Source of the DNA: Octopus sinensis
Lineage: Eukaryota
Length of the DNA stretch: 64,000 nucleotides
Direction: 5' to 3'
NCBI RefSeq assembly: GCF_006345805.1
Contig: NC_043002.1
Coordinates: forward strand, 27,962,001-28,026,000
Shown here piece after piece: positions 40,839 through 53,079 of the stretch. A model generated the notes under the pieces. It saw only the letters and a program-made list of their open reading frames with translations. It was not told the DNA's origin and searched no databases. The translations under genes were made by a program, and so were the position numbers. Position 1 is the first letter of the stretch. The number at the start of each line of letters is the position of its first letter.

Positions 40839-41463
40839 GAATGGTTGTATACTGTCAATCTAACAAGAACGTGACAGTAGGGGGTACACCACTGCTGTAT
40901 AGCCCTAGGAAGCATCGAACGCCTCCTGATGGCTTTGACACATTTTCCCTGTATCCTTATATACATATACGAAGGGGAGACAAACACCCCCGGCTGCCGA
41001 AACTGCATCTAGGGACACGTGTTTCAGGATCGTTGTCCTTCATCGGCCTAGAGTAGCAGACACCGGTCAACCGGTGATATTTGTCTCGACTTCGTAATTG
41101 TATATATCTATACTCAGTGAAGTTTATTCACTGATTATCAAAATAAGAAATATTGAATTTTTAAATCTCTCGTAGAGACATGTACGGTGGTGGGGCGATA
41201 GAATGGTTGTATACTGTCAATCTAACAAGAACGTGACAGTAGGGGGTACACCACCGCTGTATAGCCCTAGGAAGCATCGAACGTCTCCTGATGGCTTTGA
41301 CACATTTTCCCTGTGTCAAAGCCATCAGGAGGCGTTCGATGCTTCCTAGGGCTATACAGCGGTGGTGTACCCCCTACTGTCACGTTCTTGTTAGATTGAC
41401 AGTATACAACCATTCTATCGCCCCACCACCGTACATGTCTCTACGAGAGATTTAGAAATTCAA

Positions 41464-41468
<5 letters not shown>
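40836..41468 (-). mobile_element. Tandem + inverted pseudo-LTR/retrozyme-like element, 362-bp unit
   Basis: atagaatggttgtatac... occurs at 40836 and 41198 (period 362). 41148-41304 pairs with 41312-41468 (two mismatches seen) around a 7-nt loop. Confidence 0.8.
41008..41052 (-). ncRNA. Type-I hammerhead motif with U4>C core variant
   Basis: tctagg CCGATGA agga caacga tcct GAAA cacgtg TC cctaga. 6-bp stem I, 4-bp stem II, palindromic ACACGTGT stem III, GUC site. Confidence 0.75.
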
Positions 41469-41517
<49 letters not shown>

Positions 41518-41685
41518 TATGTATATATATATGTGTGTGTATAAATATGTTTGTGTGTAAATAAATATATATACACACACACATACATGCATACATACAT
41601 ACATACATACATACCTACATACATACATGCATGCATACATACATACATACATACATACATACATACATACATACATACATACATA

Positions 41686-42946
41686 CGAAAGTGTAACCAA
41701 AAGTCCGGAATTTTACAATATTATTTTATTCACCTAGCTTTACTCTTTTATCGCCTTCGAAGTATTCTTCATTTGAAGCTATGCGTCGGTCTAGACGCGT
41801 TTTCCACTGTTCGAAACAGTTCTGGAGCTCTTACGAAGTGATGCCTTTGAACGTCTCCGTTATTTTTCTCTTCACCTCTTCCACATTCGCAAAACGTTTT
41901 CCATTAAAGACCTTTTCATTTGGGAGGACAAAAGAGTGTCGCAGGGAGCAGCATCGGGTGAATAGGAGTAGTGGGTAAGCGGGGTCATGCCATTTCTGTT
42001 AAAAAAATTATCTAATATTCAAGACGGGGTGCGCAGACACATTGTTTTGATGAAACAACCACTCTCTACTTTCGAACAGGTCGTGACCTTTTCGTTTCAC
42101 TGCGTCTCGCAAATGCTCCAGAACTGCCAAGTAAAATCTCTGGTTAACAGTTTGGACAGATGGAACAATTTCTGTGTAGACAATTCCTTTCACATCGATG
42201 AAACAAACTAGCATCATCTTGACACCGAGATTCATTTGACTCCCATTTTGGGGATGTGGTGACATTGAATGCTTCCACTGACTTGATTGCTTTTTCGTCT
42301 CAGGTTTGTAGCCGTAGCAACAGCTTTCGTCACCAGTGATGACTTTCGACACGCATTCAGTCGTGACAGCTGTTGATCTTCCGTGAGGAAGCGAGGCACA
42401 AATTTTGCTGTATTTTCATTCGCAATTCCTCGCTCAAAATTCATTGGCAGGAGCTTCAGGACACACTAGTCATATCAACACGCTAGACAAATGTCCGGCG
42501 ACGTCTCCTCCAGAATCAGTTTATGAATTTTTATATTTTCATTCGTTCGCGAGGTCGTCCGTCACCCTGAACGAGGTTGGTATTCAAGCGATAAAGGACC
42601 ATTTCTAAAGCGTGAAAACTACTCGTAAACTTGTGTTTTGCTTATAGAAGCGTCCTCGTAAGCTGCTTGAAGCATGACAACTGCTTCAGTCGCCGCTTTC
42701 CCCTGCAGAAAACAGAATTTCACAAAAACACGGTTCTTTTGTTTCAGCTATCGTAAACGTCGACGAACAATGGAGAAACACAGCAAAACGAAGACGTACC
42801 ACGTGGCAGTATGATTTGAGAGCACGACGCCGGTCGGCAGACTAATGCCTGGAAGTTGCATCAAGTGGCTTCAAGCGACGGAAGCCTGAATGACAACGGG
42901 CTTGTCCCACAGAGAGCGTTTCCGGTCACTTTTGGGTACTCCTTCG
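41686..42946 (-). mobile_element. mariner fossil (irritans-like), TIR-bounded
   Basis: TA-flanked degenerate ~28-bp TIRs; KFVPRFLTEDQQ, ITGDESCCYGYKPETKKQSSQW and PYSPD motifs. Confidence 0.9.
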
Positions 42947-45229
42947 TATACATATACATGTATAAAATATATATATACATGTAATAAAATATATATATAC
43001 GTACGTGCTCTAGTGTAGGATAAACGACGAAAACTGGATCCCTTGTTTGATGTCTATCTGCAATGCTCTCCTGAGAACTTTCTGTCTTTTAATTATTCTT
43101 AGTTTTCCGCTTTTACCGTATGATTATCTTCCTTAATCCTCCATTTCTGGCCATAAGCTAATTAAAATAGCGGGGGCATTGGATAGTTTTTTCACTTTAC
43201 CTTTATGAGTCTTACTATCGGCCTTTCTAAATCCTACGATTCTTTCGATAACTTCATTTGCCTCAATATAATGTGGTGAGCAGGACAACTTAAATGTTCG
43301 AACATTACACTTTTGTTTGTTTAAAACCACATAAAGATAGCGGATTTTTTGTCATGATGCAATCTATGAATTCATCAATAAAATGCTGCTGAAGCAGGTG
43401 TTATGAATTTCGAACCGAATGTATGTCCTCTTATACAGTTACACACACACTTTAACACACAAACATGCATATATAAATTATAAATTTTCATGATGCATTC
43501 TAAGAATTCATCAATAAAATACGTATCAGTGGTCTTGTGGCAAAAATTTGAAATAATTATATTTAAGATAAATTATAAAAAAACATTTTTGACACCCTCT
43601 ATGTAGGCTGTCATTTCTCCACTGTACATCTGCACCGTAAACCAATTAAGAAATTGTAAAAACAAACATTTCACAAGGTACGTATAAAAATACAAATAAA
43701 TAAAATTGAACTTGTTAATATGATTAAAGTCATCGAAAAGGTATCCGGCTACAGAATAGGTAGAACATTAAGGAATGCTTTACGGTATTTGTGGAGGGTT
43801 TTAAGGAGCAAAAATTCAGAATAGAATTAACTGTTTTAATCTATGTTGCATTGTGTTAGAAGTTTGGAAGCGCTCATAAATAATAATAATGTCAAATTTC
43901 TAGGAGATTTTATGGCGAGCAACTGCACTGTATCGTATGATTCAAGATGTCCTAATATTTCCATGGTTTCGGGCCACTGCAAGTAAATATACTTTCTTAC
44001 TTCTCTTACAGTAATTTTAAATCTAATATTTACATGTTTATATGTATATATCTGAAGTAATATCATCAGCTGTTTAGTGCTATTACTTCCTAAGCTGGCA
44101 CAAACCTAGAAGTAGTTACTCGGAGTGTAACTTTCAAATAGGGTACTGCCGTTGAGTGATACAATACCGGACTAGTATCATAATAACAAATGGTGTAATA
44201 ATAGGGAAATAGCCCACATTTTGTTGGTTGATTATTTAGTATATAGCTGATTTTCAACACAGTACGAGTCATGCCACCAATCTACTGTTCACCAATCTTC
44301 ATTAGAAATTATCAAACTCATTCGGGAAAAACAGATAGGAAAATTAGACGGGGTTAAAGTTTGCACTCAGAATGTAAGCATAGATGTTCGGCCAGATATT
44401 TGAAGCACCCTGGTGCGATGTAAACTCATTTTATAAGTAATCCAGAATATTTCAAATTTTTTAATCCTTTCTACAATTCTGAAAAAATGCTCACTGATAT
44501 AATTCGTATTTCAGACGTTTGTACCAATATAAAAAATGTGGTCATCAAGGTGAGGAATGCAAAAGCTATTTCGGAAAAACATTTAGTCATGAATGTTGTG
44601 GTAAGATTATTTTTTAAATTTTCTTGAAATATTGTGAACGTACTACATTGGAAATAAAAAAGATTGTGACTTTCTATTCAGAAGTGTTTATTGCCCACGT
44701 ATAACCTTCATATTCTAATGGTATAGTAGCAATGATATCGTGACAAGCTGTGCACCACTCTATTCCATATTGATTGACTCTGTTGCATTATTCTTTTCTA
44801 ACTTTCCAATATCATTTTGCTGTCCACTCATCTTTTTCTCTCCACATTTTTCTGCATTTTCTTAACCACAATTCCTCGAAGAGTAGTCTTCAAAGCTAGT
44901 GGATCTCATTTCTTACTATACAGTTTCAGTTGCCTTTTCTTCGGTGTGTAAGGAGCGATTCACGTCAAACAACATAATACTGGAGGGCTTCGCTGTTTGC
45001 TCGTTTAGATGTAGCTCAAGTAAAAGGTATAGAAGCTCAGTAAATTCTACTTCAATACAGAGATACCAGAAAATATAATTCTATGTCCGTCGTACACATG
45101 AGCACAAGGGGTGTATGTGCATTCACCGGAGTCTGATGTAGTAGCTGAAAGATACGTTTCTGATTTGTTGTTATTCATTTTAGTTTAGTCAGAACAATCT
45201 TTCACAATGAGGTTCTACGAGCACTAGTC

Positions 45230-46420
45230 AAGGAACACAATTTGGCACTAAAATCAACAAGCAAATGTCTGAGGCCCCGAATCCCGCTTCTCAACAAGAC
45301 CTACCTCTCGCTGCTCACAGTCTATGCTCCAAGTCTAGACACATGACAAAATTAAAAATGCTTTCTATGACTCTCTCAACGCTACCATCCGAGCCGTTCC
45401 ATGAAACGATAAACTGATCGTTCTTGTCGACTTCAATGCCCGATTCGGCCACGGTCACCATCTCTGACAAGGCATCTTCGGCAAATACAGGATTGGAAAC
45501 CACAGGGCTAACGGACTCTGTGCGGAAAACAATCTGAAAACTTAATATGACGCTTTAACATTTGCTGCAGATGAGATCGGCTACTCAAAGCGCGAGAACC
45601 AAGACTGGTTCGCTGAAAAGAGTGAAGAGATCGAACATTTGATCAATAAGAATAGAGTTGCTTTCGAAAACCACCCGACAAGAAGCAACAAGGAACGCAG
45701 ATATACCAAAGGCGTTTCAAGGATATCCAGAAGTTCTGGGGGCAAGCAAAAGCCGCTGGATTCCAGGCTGGCAAAGAGACATGCGTTGCTTTTATGCAGA
45801 GACCAAAATTTTCGGCCCTATCAGTTCGTCTACTGCTGCTGATAGCTGAAACCTCACGAGAGAAGATATGCATCATTGAAGAGAACATTTCAATCTTCTG
45901 AAAAGCCATTCTCAAACTTCAGTTGGCCTCTTGTGAAACACTCCGATTCGACCTCTCAAACTACTGACAGACCATCCTCCATCATTTCACGAATTCATGA
46001 AAGCCATCAAACGAATAGAACCCGGAAAAGTTCCCCTTTCTGAGAACATCCCACACAGTACGTACAGATTGGGATCCAATCTGTTCTATCTGATACTGCA
46101 AATATGGGACACTGAGACAGTATCTCCCTGCTCAGCATTACAGGCAAGAATTTTTTTCCTTCAAGTCAGCATCAGCTGGGAAACAGAAACTGCCGACCGT
46201 CTATCCTGGCGAAGAGCAATTCATTCCAACTGTTCCACTTTTGAGAAAAGGAGAAAGACTGAAGAAGCTAGAAAAAAAAAAAAAGAAAAGGAAGGAGCGC
46301 AAGGTCCGGTAACTGCAGCCAAATTCACCACCTGCCCTGTCATGCAATTAATGCCCGTGATTGTTCCATACTTGACCTGGCCTTCTGAGCCATTGCAGGA
46401 TTAAGCATCATGGAAGCACC
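45230..46420 (+). mobile_element. RTE (BovB-like) LINE remnant with large internal deletions
   Basis: APE motifs (LLTVYAP, NAFYDSL, KLIVLVDFNAR) and a 3' region WETETADRLSWRRAIH. Confidence 0.75.
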
Positions 46421-46489
46421 AGATGAACCAAATTTGGACACGAATGGTGCGATTATATACAGTATATATATATATTATCTTTTTTTAAT

Positions 46490-46592
46490 AATTTTGATAT
46501 ATATTTAAAATAATATAAATTAATTAATCTTATGTATTAGCTTAAGTTTTTCATTGTATGATTTGCCTAATAGTGGTTTTATCTCTAATTTA

Positions 46593-46641
<49 letters not shown>

Positions 46642-46740
46642 GAATGAGCTGGGGTCATCAAAGAGAAGTACAGTTGGACATATATTTGTAATCACTACAA
46701 TTGTTCTCACGAAACTTAGTTCTTCAGGTTTGGTGGTATT
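46490..46740. mobile_element. Remnant of the 13536/28878 fold-back family with a degenerate hammerhead (46693-46736, minus)
   Basis: 46490-46598 matches the 13870-13979 arm. Minus strand reads CTGAAGA...GAAcaattgTAgtg, with the GAAA motif damaged. Confidence 0.65.
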
Positions 46741-48779
46741 TGGTTTCGTAATAATTTCCCTGCATTATGTGATCTAATTGTGCTACCTCAGGTGATTCCA
46801 TAAGCTCAAATTCTCAGCTTCAAGCTCATCCTTTCTGTCTGTCACTAAGTGTGTAAAAAAATGTGGTGCGGGTGAAAGATGGTTGATAAACCGCTTTGAC
46901 TGTGTGGATGGTGTAGGATAGTGGCTATGATATGGATGTTGATATTGAAGGGAGTGTCATTCGTCTTTTTTGTGCTGTTAATTTATTCTTTGTGGTTGGT
47001 TACAATTGTCATTGTCCTTGGCTGACCGTCAAGACTTCACTTGTCAATCAGTTAATAAGCTTGCATGTATAAACACATCGTTCTATATATATCTACATGT
47101 ATACCCACCCATATATACATGCTCCCACACGCATATACACTTATATACGTACTCGTGTTCCGACACACACATCCACACACATACCTTTACATATATATTA
47201 CATATTACATATGCAATGATTGTATGACAGTGTACACACATTCTGAATTGGTGTGTGTTCGAATACTGCCTCTCGAATACCGCCAGTCACCGATATATTC
47301 AGAAGTGATTGTCTTTATATCTATGTGACTCATGTAGTATACAAATTTATGTGCAGCTATACGTACTGTATGACTGGTGACGTAACTTAGATGTTGTTTT
47401 GGAATGGGCCACACAGTATGTTTTCTGAAATGTTAAGAAACGTATGATTTTAAAACAGTAAGTGGTATGACGTATCTTTGTATTACTGTGTCCTGGATGT
47501 GAATCATTAAAAATGTTTCGTTATACAAAAATAAATAGGATTCTCAAACCGATAGATAGTTTACCATCGAGCGTTTCAAGTTTTTTCTTATTCACAGAAA
47601 TGTATAGGATGCTGTTAAAATAATCAACAGATGTTTTGCGATGTCAATTAGAATTAAAAGGAACGTAGATTTCATTTGTAATGTTTGTGAATGTTAATAA
47701 TGTTTATACAGCATAAATATATAAACGATTGTTAAGATACTGTGGAGAATTTATCAACATCAGTGTCATAATCAGTCACACTTTAATAAACATGATCAAC
47801 ATCAGACAATACAAATACAACTACTAAGCAAATACGACACATCTTGTCAGGCATTTCTCCAAAAGAAGGACCTTAGATTCACTCAGAAGGCAAAATCATA
47901 CGCGTCATCTACCAACATCCTGAATCTTACATGACACTCTCGTACACTGTACTTCCTGCATGGCCCGTGAACCAATATATATATTGTAAAATACTAATAA
48001 ATGGCAAAGGAGTTATGTAAATCGATATATACTATTCAGAACTCAAAATTTTTACATATTCATAGCCTCAAAAATGACACCAAAAAGTAGAGAAAATCCA
48101 GCATAATAATATTTATATTTTTCATTTTTCATCTTTTGTTAAATATAAATGAAAAGCAATTAATGCCACGTTGTCTCCATACACAATATCATAAAATATA
48201 CTTAAAAACAGAAACTTATCTTTGCTGTCGATAATATACGTATTACAGAGAATAATTAAATATTGCAATCTAAATGTCCCATGTAATAAACCTTCAGTTT
48301 GTTAACAATACTGAAGAGCTTAAATTATATATTTTACTAAATTTCTAGATCGTACGTTCTTAGAAAACTGCATTCGAAGGGCTCAACAAACATGTAAACA
48401 TGCTTTAATTTTTCATCCTGTCAGTAACCCCGATAAGCATTATTGCAGGTAGATACAATTTCTTTCTATTGTTACTGCATGTAATATTCACGTATTTATA
48501 TAACTACATGTAATATATTTTCAACAGTTACTTACATCTATAAACACAACTGTTTGTTTCGACATTTCATCACCATTACTCACGGAACTTTTAGCCAAAT
48601 TTCGTATGGAAATCCGAGACGAAACACGGAGAAAAATTTTTTAAAAACGTTCTGGAGCACAAATCTTCGATTTAAATAGACACAACATTTGATTCCAGAA
48701 AAGGATGCTACAGCTCTTCTCTGTCTTCTATATCAGTGGAACTGTCCGGCGTCACCCAGATTTCAACTAATCTTTTATT

Positions 48780-48982
48780 GTTTTATTCTTTTACTTGTTT
48801 GTCATTTGACTGCGGCCATGCTCGAGCACCACCTTTAGTCGAACAAATCGACCCTAGGACTTATTCTTTGTAAGCCTAGTACTTATTCTATTGCTTTATT
48901 TTGCCGAATCACTAAGTTACAGGGGCGTAAGCACACCAACATCGGTTGTCAAGCGATGGTGGGAAGACAAACAGACGCAAGC

Positions 48983-49028
<46 letters not shown>

Positions 49029-49185
49029 GACGGGCGTCTTTCAGTTTCCATCTACCACATACACTCGCATGGTTTTTGTCGGCCTGAGGCTACAGTGGAA
49101 GACAGTTGCCCAAGGTGCCATGCTGTGGCACTGAACCTGGAATTATGTGGTTGGTTAGCAAGCTACTTACCACACAGCCACTTCT
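48780..49185 (-). mobile_element. SINE (same family as 11395)
   Basis: Collinear with 11395-11813. Confidence 0.88.
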
Positions 49186-50774
49186 GCGAGAACCTTTTGG
49201 TAAACTTATCTTAAAATTAGGGTTCAGATTCAGGGGTTGCGATTAGAGTTAGATTTTATGGTTTGAGTGTCAGATTAAGGTTAGGGTTGAAACAGTCAAA
49301 CACGCATGTAAACAATTTAAGAAAGGAAAATCCTGAATGAATTTTTTAGCGAAAACTTACAAAAAAAAAAAGATCAAACTGAACGTTATACTGTAGTAAT
49401 AGTTCACCTTATATAGACATTTTATAGCGAAAGTTAAAAAATGGAAGTTCAGGATGTAGGTACTCGACAATGAAAATACACAGGTAAAGAAAAACATGTG
49501 GTGGTAGTTTAAGCAAATGACAGCGTCGCTTGTTAGAATGGAAATAGGAACCGAAAGGAATCGATTGGCTAAAATTACCCTAAATTTTCAAACTTTGAAA
49601 TCTACTAACTTTTTGTTTATTAGTTTGTAGCAAAAATAAATTACATTTTCATAATTAGTATACAAAACTACATAACTACACCAAATTTGAAAACAACTGA
49701 AACATTTTTTTAAATGTAAAAATAGTGAAACAACAACAGAAAAGATCTCATTTTCACATAGCATGAAATAAACACCCCTAATATTTTTGAAATATAACCA
49801 CATATAAATGTAAATTGCTACGTTGAATTTTAATTCTGACCTTCTAAATATCACGTTTTCTTCAGTCACAATGATTAAAATTAATAATAAGAATATTTGT
49901 GAAATGTTCACACATCTGAGTAAGCTAGAAAAATGTAAGTTTCAGCATGTATCTATATTGCAATAAAAATATATTAAAATAAAATGTCATATAGAAAACT
50001 ATGTAATAATTTGTTATGAATTAAATTATTTAATTTTTACAAAATCGTTTCAAGGATTTAAAAATTTTATTGTACATGGTTTTGTTAAACTATATAATTA
50101 ATAAAATGAGGTAAGCAATATTTTGACTATATTTATATTTTGTCTAGAATAGTTTTAATTAAATATTTCATGAGAAATACGCCAGTAGATTTCTATCCGA
50201 AGTGTGATGAACTGAAATTAACTGCGAAGCATCAATTCCTGTAACAGTCTTTTAAAAATATAACTCACACCTCATCAATTATTTATTTGACTAAGCGCGC
50301 ATGTATCACAGAAAAATTAAATACTGCACAAATTTTGCCTCAGAATGTAAAACATTGTAAATGTTACCAGATATTTTAAAGTGGTAACTAGTTTAGAAAC
50401 ACTAGTTGGATATAATCACCTTAGTTGCTTATTAAATGATGATATCTATTTTGTTTCACCTTCCAGACGCTTGCGCATATATGCGTCATGTGCTTCTGCA
50501 ATCAAAAACTATGAATGCAAAGATTTCTTCGCTAATCAGTATTTCGGTGAATGTAAAGGTAAGGTATTTTATTATTAACGGAAGTCTTGAATTCAGAAAT
50601 GAATTTTATGTTATCAAAGAAATATACTCGAAAAATAAAATTACTTTTGTGATGTTATGTAATGAGTTCATACCCAATTAATGTAGAATATTTTTAACAT
50701 TTAGATTTTTAAATAAGAAACGTGTTTTTTTTTGGGGGGGGGGCTATGATAATATTGTTTGCCATGAGCCGTAG

Positions 50775-51540
50775 TCCACCATCATACACATTTCCCACCT
50801 GCCTTGATATTTTTGTCCCATTGATTTAATGTTGTGATAGAAACGTTTTCACTGTTCATCACTTGTATCACCAATATTTTCAGGGAATTTATAAAGGTGA
50901 CAGTAGAGATACTCCAGATATTTGTTCGTATTTGCTCGCAACTTTTAAAAGTTCTCTTGCATGTTGTCGACTATTTCGGCATAGTTGATTGTTTCTTCTT
51001 CCAAGAAAATCTTTTCCAACTATTACAAATGGATTCGATGCTGATGCTTCCCTGCATTTCATTGAATTAACAAAGTTCCCATCAATCATCAATTTTCAAA
51101 TCTAAGGTCAAGCAAATGCACGAACTTTATTTTTTCACTGCTCAGACGAGGAAATACGCGGCAGAGAAAGTAAAAGTGCTTTCCATCTTTATCCGAAGCA
51201 TAATCAAACTGTTTCATTATTCCAAGTTGAATATGGTTGTAGAATGATTTTCCCCCAGCAGAAATAAAGGCTCTTCAACCACATTAAAAGACTCTCACTG
51301 CAACCATTCTTTGACCACTCCATGTTTTCCCTACTGTCCGACATACACAAAAAGCGTGGATATTTTGTTGCGCCAGGAGAAAATTAAGGAAACCGAAGTC
51401 CACGTGTATCACCCACTAATGATTGTGGAGATTGGGTAGCTTGAAATATAGACGTAAGAGACAAAATGGTCTCAGCATATTAAAAGACTTTCAAATCAGA
51501 TAAAATCGTCCTGACAAGAAAGTCCCCGTCAGTTTGTGTT
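50775..51540 (-). mobile_element. Decayed DNA transposase, probably Chapaev3-like (CMC)
   Basis: Minus strand YLYCHLYKFPENIGDTSDEQ*KRFYHNIKSMGQKYQGRWEMCMMVDY resembles the HLDFFPENLGAVSDEQGERFHQD C-terminus. Family assignment is from memory. Confidence 0.55.
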
Positions 51541-51949
51541 ATTGATGTCTATCAACATAGTTTTATACGTACATACTTCAAAATCTCATGGAGTAGATAT
51601 TGTAGGTAATGCAGCATTTCAAATAAAACATGAAAATATTAAGTGTAAAAGGATGAACACCCTTAAACCTTGATTGAAGCGCGAAAATAGTAGTAAGAGA
51701 ATCCAAGAAATATGCTAAAGACAAAAAAAAACTCTCCATGCAGAAGGAAGCCAGACTCCCGACTTACAACAGCGCTCTTCATAAAGTGCGTTTTAAACCA
51801 CGTCTAATTTCGTAAAACGAAATGAATATAGATTTATTAATAATTAATTTATTGACATAGGTATTTTACGAGAATTCCTAGATATTTGGCACCAGCTTTG
51901 CGAAAAATGATATGATGATTTAAGCACTGTTGCAATATTTTATCTCTTT

Positions 51950-52105
51950 TTACGTTCTGATTTCAAATTCTGCCAAGGTCGACTTTGCTTTTCCTCCTTT
52001 CTGGATCGATAAATTAAGTACCATTTGCGTACTGGGGTTGATCTAATCGACTGCCCCACCCCCCACAAGAAAAAATGTGGGGCCTTGTTCCTAGAGTAGA
52101 AACGA
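51950..52105 (-). mobile_element. SINE-tail-like fragment
   Basis: Same motif as 37630-37790. Confidence 0.75.
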
Positions 52106-52282
52106 ATACTTCATCGTTTTTGTAAGAATATTTCAAAAATTAATGATAAAACCTTTCAATTTTGTAGCTCAACTAGCGCCTCGAGACTGCATGGAAATGT
52201 TCACAGAATCTTGCTTCGAAGCTGTAAGAGATTATCCTATAGATCAACCAGATTTCGATTATTGCAAGTACGTATGTGTATG

Positions 52283-52314
<32 letters not shown>

Positions 52315-52436
52315 TGTATGTATGTATGTATGTATGTATGTATGTATGTATGTATGCATGTATGTATGTATGTATGTATGTATGTATGTATGTACGTACG
52401 TATGTATGTATATATATATATATATGTGTGTGTGTG

Positions 52437-52467
<31 letters not shown>

Positions 52468-52468
52468 G

Positions 52469-52509
<41 letters not shown>

Positions 52510-52514
<5 letters not shown>

Positions 52515-52770
52515 TCGTGTACATTAGAACACATTAAGAGACTTCCAAATAGAAAAGCCTTGTGCTAGAAAGAGCAGTAGAAAACTCAAACCACTAATTA
52601 TGGATAAATTCTCGAAAGGATTGAAAATTAAAAACGTTTACCATGGTTGATGGTAAACGTTTTTAACTTTCAATCCTTTCGAGAATTTATCCATAATAGT
52701 GGTTTGAGTTTTCTACTGAAGGCTTTCGTATTTGGAAGCCTCTTAACGTGTACTAATGTACACGGTATTT
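52510..52770. repeat. Fold-back hairpin homologous to the flank of the 21860 hammerhead
   Basis: Arms pair around the loop ggttg (52645-52649); the left arm has a 13-nt extra segment. ctagaaagagcag...caaaccactaat...aaaacgtttacc is shared with 21785-21859. Confidence 0.88.
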
Positions 52771-52856
52771 TTATGTGAATAATATATAGTCTACTGAATA
52801 TTTTTTTTTGTGCTAGGCCACTGGTAATAATAATTCTATAATTCTTATTACCCTAT

Positions 52857-52975
52857 TCTTCTTCTTCTTCTTCTTCTTCTTCTTCTTCTTCTTCTTCTTC
52901 TTCTTCTTCTTCTTCTTCTTCTTCTTCTTCTTCTTCTTCTTCTTCTTCTTCTTCTTCTCTTCTTCTTCTTCTTAT
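52857..52975 (+). repeat. (CTT)n microsatellite
   Basis: Direct reading; source of the poly-E ORF. Confidence 0.95.
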
Positions 52976-53079
52976 TATTATTATTATTATTATTATATTA
53001 TTATTATTATCATATATATATATATATATATATATTCTATATATATTAACCGCTAATATTATCATTGCTAACAATAATG

